Source: an uncultured Verrucomicrobiae bacterium | Lineage (GTDB): Bacteria > Verrucomicrobiota > Verrucomicrobiia > Limisphaerales > DASXHY01 | Assembly (NCBI GenBank): GCA_963699145.1 | Contig: OY969416.1 | Location: 453,293-517,292 of the forward strand | Length of the DNA: 64,000 nt | Reading direction: 5' to 3' | Shown here: positions 50,801 to 60,011 of the stretch, one piece after another | Layout of the letters: each line of letters opens with the position of its first letter | Position numbering within the stretch: the stretch's first letter is position 1 | Notes under the pieces: model-generated | What the model saw: only the letters and a program-made list of their open reading frames with translations | The model's database searches: none | Told to the model about the DNA's origin: nothing | Program-made: the position numbers and the translations under genes

Positions 50801-51012
50801 CCCAGGCGGAAAATGGCCGTGGCGGCCAGTTGTCGATCCTTGTCGAACGCGCTCGCGAGCGATTGGTAATTCGCGATGGCCGCCGGTAAATCGCGATTGG
50901 CTTCCTCCTCAAACAATCCTTTCTGCAACAAGCCGGTAAGGTCATTGGTCGCGCCGCGCGCCACAGTGGCGAGCGCGAGCATCATGGCGAGCATTAAAAA
51001 TTTCAATTTCAT
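47842..51012 (-). CDS. Exported protein: TPR-like N-terminus, coiled-coil module, long ankyrin-repeat array, C-terminal SLBB-like domains
   Basis: Signal MKLKFLMLAMMLALATVARG; AIFRLGECYRKL; many TPL..A...G....V..LL..GADVN repeats; WLEWGDVVEIP and LWLRDGDVIDVP. Confidence 0.88.
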   Translation of the reverse strand: MKLKFLMLAMMLALATVARGATNDLTGLLQKGLFEEEANRDLPAAIANYQSLASAFDKDRQLAATAIFRLGECYRKLNKTNEASAEYQRIIKEFSDQDTLVTLSRQNLAGLGGGAAVAASNPIVSEQVRQLEWVKKLQAMPLSEVRQVAPTVLTDATLINLIYQYNQGELDLIRLRVDHGEEQAEVKKEKAIQAALQDKIKERLDGMSRALTLETEQSASGGGNGPATLSDALLRLQIERTREQIASDLGDLQELSKMFLPTNARVVDLKKRIDAENASLALLEEKLQASQGVAAEGGNPVTTDEEQQEIRRIQLMIQNSPDLINAPDGDGNTPLIVAATKGQMVVAKYLLDHGADVNASTRNHFYVALSAAAKNGHKAMVELLLSRGADVNGRGGVNPLIEAVQNGYMAVAEVLLANKADVNSPSVGGPVIAAVENGQTELLKLLIQHGAEVNARNANTWTALEIAAGENNTNAAKLLLASKADINAKDRSGNTPLHEAARAGKAEMTYLLLDSGATVDPTNSEDTTPLMLAVANDRTSATRVLCQHKADPNREGRGPDPFDQNQWKRSLPILFAIWKGNDDIVKLLLDSGANPNRDWQYEVPLFTAIQHNRVDAVQTLLEHGADPNSPDRDGSPPLSKVLTAGRDKRIVRLLLDKGADASAKDKDGYIPLTRTSDPEVGRWLVGHKANVNARFQGQLTPLMTGYETNYVRFLLEAGAKPDLQDTNGNTALHHRTISAQLGAVAVLLEYKANPNIQNNAGYTPLDLAKSGSINGVVEGGLWTANSAGIGVNRAYEKDIADLLIQAGGLANLPKRNRIEVRRASTGGMMVFTKDSHGWNRYSLLELVAGEYGLLSQNVAGEWDRYGAIRELQWAKDLHFPDFKNVIIYRRTEASAKQKAIDVNVEDILNSGDCSRDMWLEWGDVVEIPESDHPVDQHWPGLMNPTVTALTNCLARQVTVTVKGVRTTLQLKPEFTVQSTSTPAENDRLEVAHASFMLRSVLDNSKLVRVSSDLSRVKVTRIDPETKKKMEWTIDCTNPTQADLWLRDGDVIDVPEK

Positions 51013-51036
51013 AAATTTCTCCACCCTTCGCTCCAC

Positions 51037-51082
51037 ACCTTAAAATCTTTGCCTAACTCAGTTGTCACGCTTTTGCAAAATC
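51037..51082 (-). promoter_or_regulatory. Conserved regulator box plus -10-like hexamer upstream of the ankyrin gene
   Basis: Minus strand gattttgcaaaagcgtgaca-N20-TAAGGT; same architecture at 54632-54677. Confidence 0.7.
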
Positions 51083-51093
51083 GGGCCGGGCTC

Positions 51094-51194
51094 AACGCAG
51101 AGGCGCGGAGAGCGCAAAGATTCGCAGAGAAAAACCAAATCTTGCCGAATTCTTTCCCCTCTGCGCTTCTCCGCGTCCTCCGCGTCTCTGCGTT
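51094..51194. repeat. Inverted 9-10-bp-period arrays
   Basis: aacgcagaggcgcggagagcgcaaaga.. / ..ctccgcgtcctccgcgtctctgcgtt. Confidence 0.82.
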
Positions 51195-51201
51195 AATTTG
51201 G

Positions 51202-51882
51202 TCATACATCCAACCGATACCCCACCCCATGCACCGTCTTGATCCACTTCGGCGCCTCCGGGTCCGCCTCGATTTTTCCCCGCAGGCTGGCGATGTGATT
51301 ATCCACCGTGCGCGTCGTCGGAAACGACGCGTAGCCCCACACCACATCCAGGAAACGCTCGCGCGTGACCGGTTCGCCCGGCGATTCCGCCATCAACCGC
51401 AACATCGCGAATTCTTTCGCCGTCAAATGAATCGCTTTCCTCCCGCGCATTGCCGTCTGCCGCGCGAGATCGATTTCCACATCGCCCAATTTCAGTTTCG
51501 CGAGCGACTTGGCGTGCTTCTGAAACCGGCGCAGCAACGCCCGCACGCGCGCCAGCAATTCCTCCGTGCTGAACGGCTTCACCAGGTAATCATCCGCGCC
51601 CGCGTCCAGCCCGGACACGCGATCTTCGATCTGTCCCTTCGCGGTGAGCATCAGGATCGGCACCGGATTCGCCAGGCGCCGCAATTCCGCGCAGACCTCG
51701 TAGCCATCGAGCTTCGGCATCATCACATCGAGCAGCACGAGATCGGGCTTTTCCTCCAGCGCGCGTTTCAACCCGCTCTCGCCATCCGCGGCCGTGATGG
51801 CGCGATACCCTTCCGTCTCGATAACGTCCTTCAACGCGGTGCGCATCGGCGTTTCGTCTTCGATGATCAAAATTCTCGGCAT
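51202..51882 (-). CDS. OmpR/PhoB-family response regulator
   Basis: ILIIEDE, LLDVMMPKLDG, GADDYLVKPF, TRTVDNHIASLR.KIE, TVHGVGY. Confidence 0.95.
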   Translation of the reverse strand: MPRILIIEDETPMRTALKDVIETEGYRAITAADGESGLKRALEEKPDLVLLDVMMPKLDGYEVCAELRRLANPVPILMLTAKGQIEDRVSGLDAGADDYLVKPFSTEELLARVRALLRRFQKHAKSLAKLKLGDVEIDLARQTAMRGRKAIHLTAKEFAMLRLMAESPGEPVTRERFLDVVWGYASFPTTRTVDNHIASLRGKIEADPEAPKWIKTVHGVGYRLDV

Positions 51883-51924
51883 AGCTTTTAACCGTGGATG
51901 CGCGCAGAGGCACGCAGAGGCAAA

Positions 51925-52003
51925 GGAGCGCGGGCTTTAGCCCGCTTCAGCTCACGCGCGCCTGCTGCACAATTTTGGGCTGAAGCGTGATCAACTCCAC
52001 GCT
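51925..52003. repeat. REP-like element (same family as 59861-59964)
   Basis: ggagcgcgggctttagcccgcttcagc ... gctgaagcg; related ggagcacggcgttcacgccgcttcagc ... gttgaagcg at 59861. Confidence 0.65.
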
Positions 52004-52020
52004 GCCCGTTTCGATTCGTC

Positions 52021-54587
52021 TTATCTGCGTTCATCTGCGTTCATCTGCGGTTTAATAGTCACCGGCAACACAATCGTAAACCGGCTTCCTTCCCCAATGT
52101 TGCTGCGCACGGTGACGTCGCCACCGTGCGCCGCAACGATATGCCTCACAATGCTGAGGCCGATCCCCACCCCCTGCGTCTCCCGGCGCAGCTCAGAGCC
52201 GAGCCGGTAAAATCGCTCAAAAATTTTCTCGTGCTCCGCCGGCGGAATGCCCGGGCCGTGATCCTCCACATAAAGTAGGACAGGCCTCCTGCCTGTCTCT
52301 GAAATTTCTTTTTGAAGCATTGCGTCCGGAGTGCCGCCTTGAATATCAGAGACAGGCGGGACGCCTGTCCTACAGTCCGCATCCAATCCAATCGTCACGG
52401 CCTGTCCCTTGGCGGAATGCTTGATGGCATTATCAATCAGGTTCACCAACGCCTGTTGGATGGCGCGCCCGTCGATTTCCAATTCGATGTTGGATGTTGG
52501 ATGTTGGATGTTCCCGCCTTCGCTGCGCTCCGGCGCGGCAAGCGATGTTTCTAATCTGAGTTGAACCCCTTTCTCCTCCGCGTACGGCTCCATCAACTTC
52601 ACCGTTTCGCGGGTGAGCGCGAGCAAGTCCGTGGGCTCGAATTCATATTGCTTGCGGCCCTGTTCAATCCGCGAAAAATCCAAAACGTTCTCAATGAGCG
52701 ACGACAGCCGCCGGCATTCCTGCACGATGAAGCGGAAATATTCGCTCTGCTTCGCGCCCCCCGCGACCTTGCCGCGCTCCAGGCTCTCCGCCATCAAACG
52801 CACGGAAGCTATCGGCGCGCGCAACTCGTGCGACACACTGGAGACGAAATTGGACTTCTGTTCATTCAATGATTGCTGCCGAATCAAGGAACGGCGCAAA
52901 ATAATCGCCGACGCCAGGCCCGCCAGCAACGCGCCGATGATGAGAGCGGAAAACAAAAATTGCCGGCGCTGCACCGCGCGATAATACGTCTCAGGATCCT
53001 GCAACTGGACGATCAAGCTGATGGGGAGATTCGCAGAATGCAGTTGCTGCATATCACCAGATGCGCGTCCTGCCGCGACGGCAAACGCGTTGTTCAAAGT
53101 CCGCGGTGACCACCCGCCAGACAATAAAAGCATTTTCCCTTCAATCACAACCCTGATGACAAAATCATGATGACGATCCAACTCCTGCCAGCGATTCGAA
53201 AGCTGCTGCAAAAGCCATTCGTACCTAATGATTGCGTAAATCGTTTCGTCAGTCTTTTCCATCGCTCCCGCGGGCCAACCAGCCGGCGGAGTTTGCTTCA
53301 CAGCCAGCCACGATTCCGGCCCTTCGCCCCAAAAAACCTCCGGCCAAGTGTTCGTGCCCATCTGCGCCACCGCTTCACCGTAAAATTGCCTTGCTTCTTC
53401 AGAGCGATCCCAGAGATCGAAAAGCGTGTTGGTCGAGAGCGGCGGTGTCGCCGCGCTTATCAGGGCGGGCGCAATCCGCCGCAACCGCTGAATCGCCTCC
53501 TCGGTAATAGGTGACGCCGGGCCGTTTTGCGCGAGCATGGAAACGACAAATTGCGGATTGCGTCGCCAGTCGTCGGGCAGCGCTTCGGGATTGTCTTTGG
53601 CCAAATCGAGAATTTTCAAAACCGCCAGCGGCATCAATCCGACTCCGGATTCCGAAAGCTCCTCCCCCCCAAAGTGAAGCCGTCAAAAACATCGTTGTAA
53701 GCCGCGATGGCGCCCGGCACATCACCGGATTTTTCCACGGACGCCGCCCGCCGACTCAATGCAATTGGCCGAAAACGGCTGTCGGCAATCCCCTCATAAA
53801 AATCCGCCATCGGCTGAGACCCCGTGTGCCGGCGCCCGCCGAGAAATGCCAGGTAAAGATCCGCCGCCCGCTTCCATTCACCGGCGGCAAAAGCGTTTTC
53901 CGCCTCGTTCCACTGCGACAGTTTGTTTGATTTCAAGTTGCTGAAATCCCTCGCCGTCAGCGGAGCCGGTTGCGGCGGCCAGACCCACGGTCGCGGTTGA
54001 ACCAGGTCACGGTTGCGATTCACCGCGATGATGTTTTGCCCTTTGGTCACCCCGTAACCGTTGGTTTCGAACCGAACAATTTTCAAATCATCTTCCGCTG
54101 AGGACATGACGGCGGAGGCGATTTCATCGGCGCGAGCCTTGGCCTCCTGCCGTGCCAAACGGCGATCCGAATTCAGCGTCCAAACCGCGAGCACACCCAG
54201 GACCACTAGCGGCGCGAGCACGACGACGAGCGGCCAGAGAAGTCGGGGAAATTTCAACAGAGCAATCGTCCGGGGTTCTTCAACCGAAACGTTGGAACGC
54301 TGCCGATACAGCTCGCGGCAAGTGAATGCCACCGCCAACGCAATGCTGGCAAGCGACAAGATTTGCATCCAACCGAAGTGACCAGATCGCGAATGGAGAG
54401 AGGTGAAAACAACAGCTAGAGCGGTGATCGGCAACCAAATTACAGTGAAAATTTGGATGCGGTATTTAAACCGCAGCGGTCTCCTGCTCCGCATCATGCC
54501 CACCCGCGCCAGCATTGCTACCAGAAGGATGGCCACAAAAAGCATTGCCACCAAAACGAGCCCCGCCAAGTGTGAGTTCAAACTCAT
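52021..54587 (-). pseudogene. Membrane sensor histidine kinase split at a G7 run (53664-53670) into ORFs 53634..54587 and 52021..53637; kinase half carries in-frame repeat insertions
   Basis: N-half has TM helices and a periplasmic region; C-half has a TM, H-box FVSSVSHELRAP, N-box NLIDNAIKHS, VEDHGPGI, GVGIGLSIV; one extra G joins the frames as FTLGGEELSESGVGLMPLA. Confidence 0.8.
52275..52373. repeat. 99-bp REP-like palindrome in frame inside the kinase ATPase domain
   Basis: Terminal IR gtaggacaggc/gcctgtcctac; inner IR gcctgtctctga/tcagagacaggc. Confidence 0.88.
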
Positions 54588-54631
54588 CTTCCGGCGCCAG
54601 CTTGGCGTTTGCGTTCCAATTGCACAAGGGC

Positions 54632-54677
54632 ACGCTAATCCGAGCGCGCCTCGCAATTGTCACGGTTTTGCAAAATC
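54632..54677 (-). promoter_or_regulatory. Conserved regulator box plus -10-like hexamer upstream of the kinase gene
   Basis: Minus strand gattttgcaaaaccgtgaca-N20-TAGCGT. Confidence 0.7.
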
Positions 54678-54687
54678 CTCCAATGCA

Positions 54688-57600
54688 TCACTCCGCGACC
54701 TGACCGGTCTTTTGCGCTTCTGCGAAGTTTTTCCTCAAGGTATCGATGGACGAAAGTTCGATCGCCAGTTCCGCATCCCACCCCATCATAATCCCATCCA
54801 TCCGCTCATCGATTTTCTGCCGAAGCTCTTTTATCACGCCCTCCTCACTTTCAAAGTTCGTGTGTTGCGCGGGAAAACTCGAGCGGGCCTTGGCAAATAA
54901 ATTTTCGTAAGAGTCCAAATTCTCCGTCAGGGCTTTGAGTTGTACGTCGGTAGAAACTTTCGGCAGTGTCTGCTTGAAATCTTCCCGGCTCATCGACTTC
55001 AATTTGTCATAAAGTGTTTTCTTCTGGTTGTATTCCGCCTCTTTCTGCACGAGCAAGGCCGAGAGTTCTTTCAGCCTGTCTGCGTTGATCGCAACCGTAT
55101 TCGTCCCGAAATTCGCCGGACGTAATTGAGCATCTGCGACCAGATTTTTCTCCAGATCGCGAAAGACCCCGTTCTTTGGATCAATGATCGCCGCCGCATG
55201 CACCATCGCCAGCGCATCCGCTTTGCGACCTGATTTCACCAGAAAGTCCGCATAGCGAAACACCACTTCAGGCGAGGAAGGGCAAATGACGAAGGCCTGC
55301 TTGAACGCTAAATCAGCCGCCCGCGACAGCTTTTGTTTTTCCGTATCGCTCTTCGCCACATATTCCGAGGGCATCTGAACCATGCCGAACCCGAGCCGTG
55401 ACATATAAACACCCGCGATGGAACTCCGCCACTTCGAAAACATTTTCGGCGCGTAAGCATCGGAAACAAATTCGGGATCGCCCGTGAACCCATCCAGATT
55501 TTTGCGCCCGTAAACCTTCGTCGCAAAATCAATCACCGTTTCCAGGGATGTGTCCGGCGTCAACCACTTGCCCAGCCAGCCATCCACGTGGCTCTGCCAG
55601 TAATCCAGATCTTTTTGAATGACGTCATCCGGCAATTGTGCCACCGGCTCGCGATTGATTTTCATGATCAACCCATTCGGCTCGAGGTGCGGATACATCC
55701 AATCGAGCGGAAAGCTTTCCTCCACGTAAAAATCGCGATTGGGATTTTTGTCGAAGATAAGTTTCGCCACCCGCGCATTGATGGCCATGACGGCGACCTG
55801 GCCATTGGCCTGCACCTGGCCGTTGGTGTCCACTTTCACGTCTTCTCCGGGCTGCAACTTCTTTTCCGCAATCCGTTTTTTCGCGTCTGCGGAATAATCC
55901 GCAAACGCTTTCTGCACGTCGTCGGTGCTGGGCATGTAAATCACCTTGTCCGCAGGCCACGAATTTGCCGCGGCGGAATTATCATTGGTCGCAATTGTTT
56001 TTTGCACACGAGCCAGCGCCCCCTTGATGTTCGAATTCAAATCCTCCACCGCCTTGTCCGCCGCTATGCGCGCCGCATCGTCGTCCGGCTTGCTCATCTC
56101 GAGCGAAAGCGCCTTTTGCTCCGCCACCCGCAACTGCCGGTCGAGCTTCGACAATTCCTGATCCACGTGCCGGGCTGCTCCCAGTTGGGCCAGCGTGCGC
56201 CGTTCTTCACCGTACATCTTCCGCAGATACTCCTCATACGTGCCGTCGGCGAGTGGATTTTGCGAAATGGTATAGAACGGGTCCGCGTCCACGTGCGATT
56301 TGGAAAATGCCGTCGGCAAACCGCGCCCGGGATCCGTCCCGCCAAAATAAATCGCACCCGCCGGGATGAAATCAATGATGCCGCGCGCCGCCTCCTGGGT
56401 GTATTTCGAATCACACATCGCGAATTGATCATAAACCAGTCCGAGTTCCAGCATCGGTTGCCAGTAACTCGTCCGATACGCCGGGCGCTCGTCCTGTGCA
56501 CCAGCACGTTGATACTGAGGATGGTGCTCCTTGAAATCTGCAAACATGTTCGTGACCGTTTGGAAATCTCCCTGCTTGGCGGCGTCAAAATACTTCTGGA
56601 ATTGTGGGACAATGGTTTCACCCGCTGCCGCCGCCAACATCCTGGCTTGCGCCTCTTTTTCCATCGCGAAGTTTTCGATCTGCGTCAGCGTTTCTTTACT
56701 GACCGAACTGGCCCGGTCGTTGTCCGCCGCATTCGTTTTGTAGCCGCCGATGTAGAGAACCACCGCCGCGGTCGAAATCAAAATTCCCACCAGCCCGGCC
56801 GGCCGCGATTGCCGCGCGCGCGAAACATCCACGATCGCCGTGACGCGTTGCTCCAGGTTCGAACTCCGCGCCATCGCAATTCCCGCCGCCTGCGGCGCGC
56901 GCCGAAACGTCGTCGCGATGTCCACCAGGTGCCCCGCGTACTCCGACGCCTTGCAGCCGCCGTTCAGCACCAAATCATCGCACGCGCGCTCGCGCTCGAC
57001 GCGCATTTGCCGCGCCGCAATCCATGCCAGCGGATTGAACCAATACAGCGCGCACACGAATCGCGTAATGCTTTGCGTGAGGCAATCCCGCCGTTTCACA
57101 TGCGCCAGTTCGTGCAGCAAAACAATGCGTCGCCGCTCGGCCGGCCATTGCTCCGCTTCCACCGGCATCAACACCTTTGGCCGCAGCCATCCCCACGTCA
57201 GCGGCATCACGTTGATGCGCGCTTGCCAGAGCGCGACTCGCCGCCGCAGGCCGAGCAGCTCGGAAGTTTCCGCGAGCAGCGCAGTCCATTCAGCCGTGTT
57301 CAATGCGCCCGCATTTCCCGCGATTTTTCCCAGTTGAATTCGCCCAACCATCGGATAGAGCAAAACGAGCCCTGCGCCCAATGCCCAAATTCCAAAACCG
57401 AATGCAACCCAATTGCGCCTCACCCGCGCTTTGAACAATTGCCGCCCGCTCGCGGGCGCCGCTCGCACCGCTGAACGCTCCGCCCGAGCAGCTTCGGCGG
57501 ATGCCGGCGCCGGTTTCGCCGGTCCCAGTTCCAGTGACAACGCAATTTCATTTCCGGAAACGTGTCCGCCCGAAACCGTCCAAAGCGGGCGCGGAGTCGT

Positions 57601-57804
57601 CGGCAGCACAAACGGAAGCAGTGGCAATAAAAGCAATCCGGCGATGCCCAAAAACCAAATCAAATGCCGCGTGGCCGCCGCCGCCCGCCGCCACGCCAGG
57701 CACAGCCCGCCCACAAACGCGAGCACCACAAAACTTTTCACCAGCGCATCCAGCCACACCGTGGCGAGCCACGGATTCAAGTTCGATTCCATCCAGGCGT
57801 TCAT
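54688..57804 (-). CDS. BlaR1/MecR1-like M56 metallopeptidase with a large, non-penicillin-binding C-terminal sensor region
   Basis: AAATRHLIW, MPLTWG..RP.V.MP, LLHELAHVKRRD, YWFNPL.W, ERERACDDLVL. Confidence 0.9.
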   Translation of the reverse strand: MNAWMESNLNPWLATVWLDALVKSFVVLAFVGGLCLAWRRAAAATRHLIWFLGIAGLLLLPLLPFVLPTTPRPLWTVSGGHVSGNEIALSLELGPAKPAPASAEAARAERSAVRAAPASGRQLFKARVRRNWVAFGFGIWALGAGLVLLYPMVGRIQLGKIAGNAGALNTAEWTALLAETSELLGLRRRVALWQARINVMPLTWGWLRPKVLMPVEAEQWPAERRRIVLLHELAHVKRRDCLTQSITRFVCALYWFNPLAWIAARQMRVERERACDDLVLNGGCKASEYAGHLVDIATTFRRAPQAAGIAMARSSNLEQRVTAIVDVSRARQSRPAGLVGILISTAAVVLYIGGYKTNAADNDRASSVSKETLTQIENFAMEKEAQARMLAAAAGETIVPQFQKYFDAAKQGDFQTVTNMFADFKEHHPQYQRAGAQDERPAYRTSYWQPMLELGLVYDQFAMCDSKYTQEAARGIIDFIPAGAIYFGGTDPGRGLPTAFSKSHVDADPFYTISQNPLADGTYEEYLRKMYGEERRTLAQLGAARHVDQELSKLDRQLRVAEQKALSLEMSKPDDDAARIAADKAVEDLNSNIKGALARVQKTIATNDNSAAANSWPADKVIYMPSTDDVQKAFADYSADAKKRIAEKKLQPGEDVKVDTNGQVQANGQVAVMAINARVAKLIFDKNPNRDFYVEESFPLDWMYPHLEPNGLIMKINREPVAQLPDDVIQKDLDYWQSHVDGWLGKWLTPDTSLETVIDFATKVYGRKNLDGFTGDPEFVSDAYAPKMFSKWRSSIAGVYMSRLGFGMVQMPSEYVAKSDTEKQKLSRAADLAFKQAFVICPSSPEVVFRYADFLVKSGRKADALAMVHAAAIIDPKNGVFRDLEKNLVADAQLRPANFGTNTVAINADRLKELSALLVQKEAEYNQKKTLYDKLKSMSREDFKQTLPKVSTDVQLKALTENLDSYENLFAKARSSFPAQHTNFESEEGVIKELRQKIDERMDGIMMGWDAELAIELSSIDTLRKNFAEAQKTGQVAE

Positions 57805-57805
57805 T

Positions 57806-58189
57806 TTAACGGCCCTCCTTTTTGGCTTGTTTGATCATCTCCTGCAGCTTGTTCAATTCCGCATCGGAAATTTCCGCATCGGAATTTTCCAGTAACGCCG
57901 CCATCGCCTCCGAAATCGAGCCCTTGAAAAAAGTGGAGACCACCCGCCGCAACGCCGATTTGCTCGCCACCTCGCGCGAGGCCCGCGGCAAATAGACATA
58001 ACGCGCGCCATCCCGATGATGTTTCGCGTGCCCTTTATCCTCCAGAATGCGCAACAAAGCCCGCACGGCGGAATAGCTGGGCGGATTCGGCAGCGCGGCC
58101 AAAACTTCGGCCGCCGTGGCCTGGCCGCGCGCATGCAGCACATCCATGATTTGTCGCTCGCGACGGCTGAGGTGAGTTTCGGTGTTCAT
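57806..58189 (-). CDS. BlaI/MecI/CopY-family repressor
   Basis: LSRRERQIMDVL, YSAVRALLRILEDKG, FFKGS; abuts the M56 gene. Confidence 0.92.
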   Translation of the reverse strand: MNTETHLSRRERQIMDVLHARGQATAAEVLAALPNPPSYSAVRALLRILEDKGHAKHHRDGARYVYLPRASREVASKSALRRVVSTFFKGSISEAMAALLENSDAEISDAELNKLQEMIKQAKKEGR

Positions 58190-58194
58190 TGGAA

Positions 58195-58253
58195 TGCTAA
58201 AAAATTAGCAGACGTGTTCGCGGCGTCAACAAAAAAGTGCTAAAAAATTACCA
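58195..58253 (-). promoter_or_regulatory. Two palindromic operators overlapping or flanking the blaI promoter
   Basis: TGCTAA-aaaa-TTAGCA at 58195-58210 and TGCTAA-aaaa-TTACCA at 58238-58253; minus strand TTGACG-N16-TAATTT between them. Confidence 0.75.
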
Positions 58254-58302
58254 CCTTCGTTTCCTCGAATGATTGGCGGGTCTAAACGTAATTCAGCATC
58301 AA

Positions 58303-59169
58303 CTATCTCCGCGACCCGATGATGCAGGCGTGCCGGGCTCGCGTTGGGATGGCCGGACCGTTCAAAGCATTATCCTGTTTTCCCGTCGCAACTGTCTGGC
58401 AATCGTCGATCTCGAATCCGCCCTGTTCAAAAAGCCCCGCCAACTCCTCTTCGGTGAGCGCATAACCGATCAACCGTTGCACATAGATACTCGCACGCGC
58501 AAGAATGCCGGCCCAGTCGGCTTTTGGGATGGAATCATTCGCCCGAAGTTTTCCTTCCAACGCTTCGCAAAATTCCCGCCCCTGTTGTTCAGAAAATTTT
58601 GTTTCCGCTCCCGACGGCGCGGGCCGCACGCGATTCACCAGGAACACCTTTCCGCCGGGGACGAGCGAGCGCGACCATCGCCGCAGCAGTTCCGCCCTGC
58701 GTGTCGGGGGAAATTGACTCAGGAAACCGTGGCTGCAAATGACGTCGAAAGGAGTTTCAAAACGATGCTGAAAAATGTCGGCCTGGATCGTTTCAATCTG
58801 CACTCCAGCCTGCTCCGCATACCAGCGATTGAAATACAGCGGAGTCTCGCATAGATCCGCCACCGTGATCTTTGCCGTCAAACCATTTTCCGAACACGCT
58901 GGAAGAACGTGGTCGAGAATCGCATAATCCGCCGAGCCGGAAATCAACACCCGCACCGGCCCGCGCGGAAGCCGCGCGAAAGCGTTGCGAAAAAAATCCG
59001 CTTGTTGCTCCGGCGTCGCCGCAAGGCCGAGCAGGCGCAAATCCTGCCACAGGCCGTGATACCACGAGCAATCTTCCCCCTGCGCCGGGCCTTTCCGGCA
59101 CAGTTGTGGCGCCAGCCGCCGGGCCAGCGCCGCGCCCTGCGCGAACATTTCATGAGATGGCGAAGGCAT
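58303..59169 (-). CDS. Class I SAM-dependent methyltransferase
   Basis: RVLISGSAD, ITVADLC, ADIF....FDVI, LVPGG. Confidence 0.75.
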   Translation of the reverse strand: MPSPSHEMFAQGAALARRLAPQLCRKGPAQGEDCSWYHGLWQDLRLLGLAATPEQQADFFRNAFARLPRGPVRVLISGSADYAILDHVLPACSENGLTAKITVADLCETPLYFNRWYAEQAGVQIETIQADIFQHRFETPFDVICSHGFLSQFPPTRRAELLRRWSRSLVPGGKVFLVNRVRPAPSGAETKFSEQQGREFCEALEGKLRANDSIPKADWAGILARASIYVQRLIGYALTEEELAGLFEQGGFEIDDCQTVATGKQDNALNGPAIPTRARHACIIGSRR

Positions 59170-59759
59170 TATATTTTCCGGCAGACCAATTCTCCCCGGC
59201 CAATCGGCACCACCACGGCATCCACTCTCTCATCGGCCAACGCGCGCTGGATCATCGGCCGCAGCGCCTCCTCGTGGCTGGTCACATTATCCGCGGCCAA
59301 TATGCCGCCCGGAACCAGCTTGGGAACGATCGCCTCATAGCAAGGCGTGTAAGTGTCCTTGTCGGCATCGAGAAAACAAAACGCGATATTTTTCAGATTC
59401 GCGACCTGTTGCAACGCGTCGCCGTGAACGAAGTGGATGAAATTCTCCATGCCGGTGAGGCGGAATGTTTCGCGGGCGAGCGCCGCCTTCTCGGGCAAAA
59501 TTTCAAACGTGGTCAATTTGCGCCCGGACAATCGGCACGCCATCGCCAGCCAAAGCGTGGAATACCCGGCGCTGGTGCCGATCTCAATGCAGTCGCCGGG
59601 CGGCGCCGACGCCGCCAGGATGGCCAGCAATCGGCCCACTTCCGGCGTGACTTGCTTGAGACGTTTGGCGAGGGGCGTTCCGTCAGCCCGGTCGCGCGCA
59701 TCCGCCTCTTCCAGGAATTTCATCCGGCGCTGAACGGCTTCAGAAATCTGGTGGAACAT
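59169..59759 (-). CDS. O-methyltransferase (COMT/CCoAOMT-like)
   Basis: [30 protein letters not shown]. Confidence 0.88.
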   Translation of the reverse strand: MFHQISEAVQRRMKFLEEADARDRADGTPLAKRLKQVTPEVGRLLAILAASAPPGDCIEIGTSAGYSTLWLAMACRLSGRKLTTFEILPEKAALARETFRLTGMENFIHFVHGDALQQVANLKNIAFCFLDADKDTYTPCYEAIVPKLVPGGILAADNVTSHEEALRPMIQRALADERVDAVVVPIGRGELVCRKI

Positions 59760-60011
59760 AGAACGTAAAATATCACACGTACCAAGTGTCCGATGGAACT
59801 GTCACGTTTTTAATCGCCGCCCCACGCACGCAGGCGCAACCTGGCACACCCGCCATTTCAGGAGCACGGCGTTCACGCCGCTTCAGCGCCCGCATCGAAT
59901 CGCTTTGGAATAATCCGGAGTCTCTCTTGCCGGTAGAGTTGAAGCGGGATAAATCCCACCCTCCAATGCGCGTGCCCGGTTACCCCGCCACGCAACACCC
60001 GCGACGCGCCT

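Noticed and set aside
55588-57474. 628-aa plus-strand ORF, and similar long antisense ORFs (16006-17217, 37732-39225, 40549-41928, 61583-63040)
   Set aside because: They shadow well-supported genes on the opposite strand and have no recognisable motifs; expected in high-GC DNA
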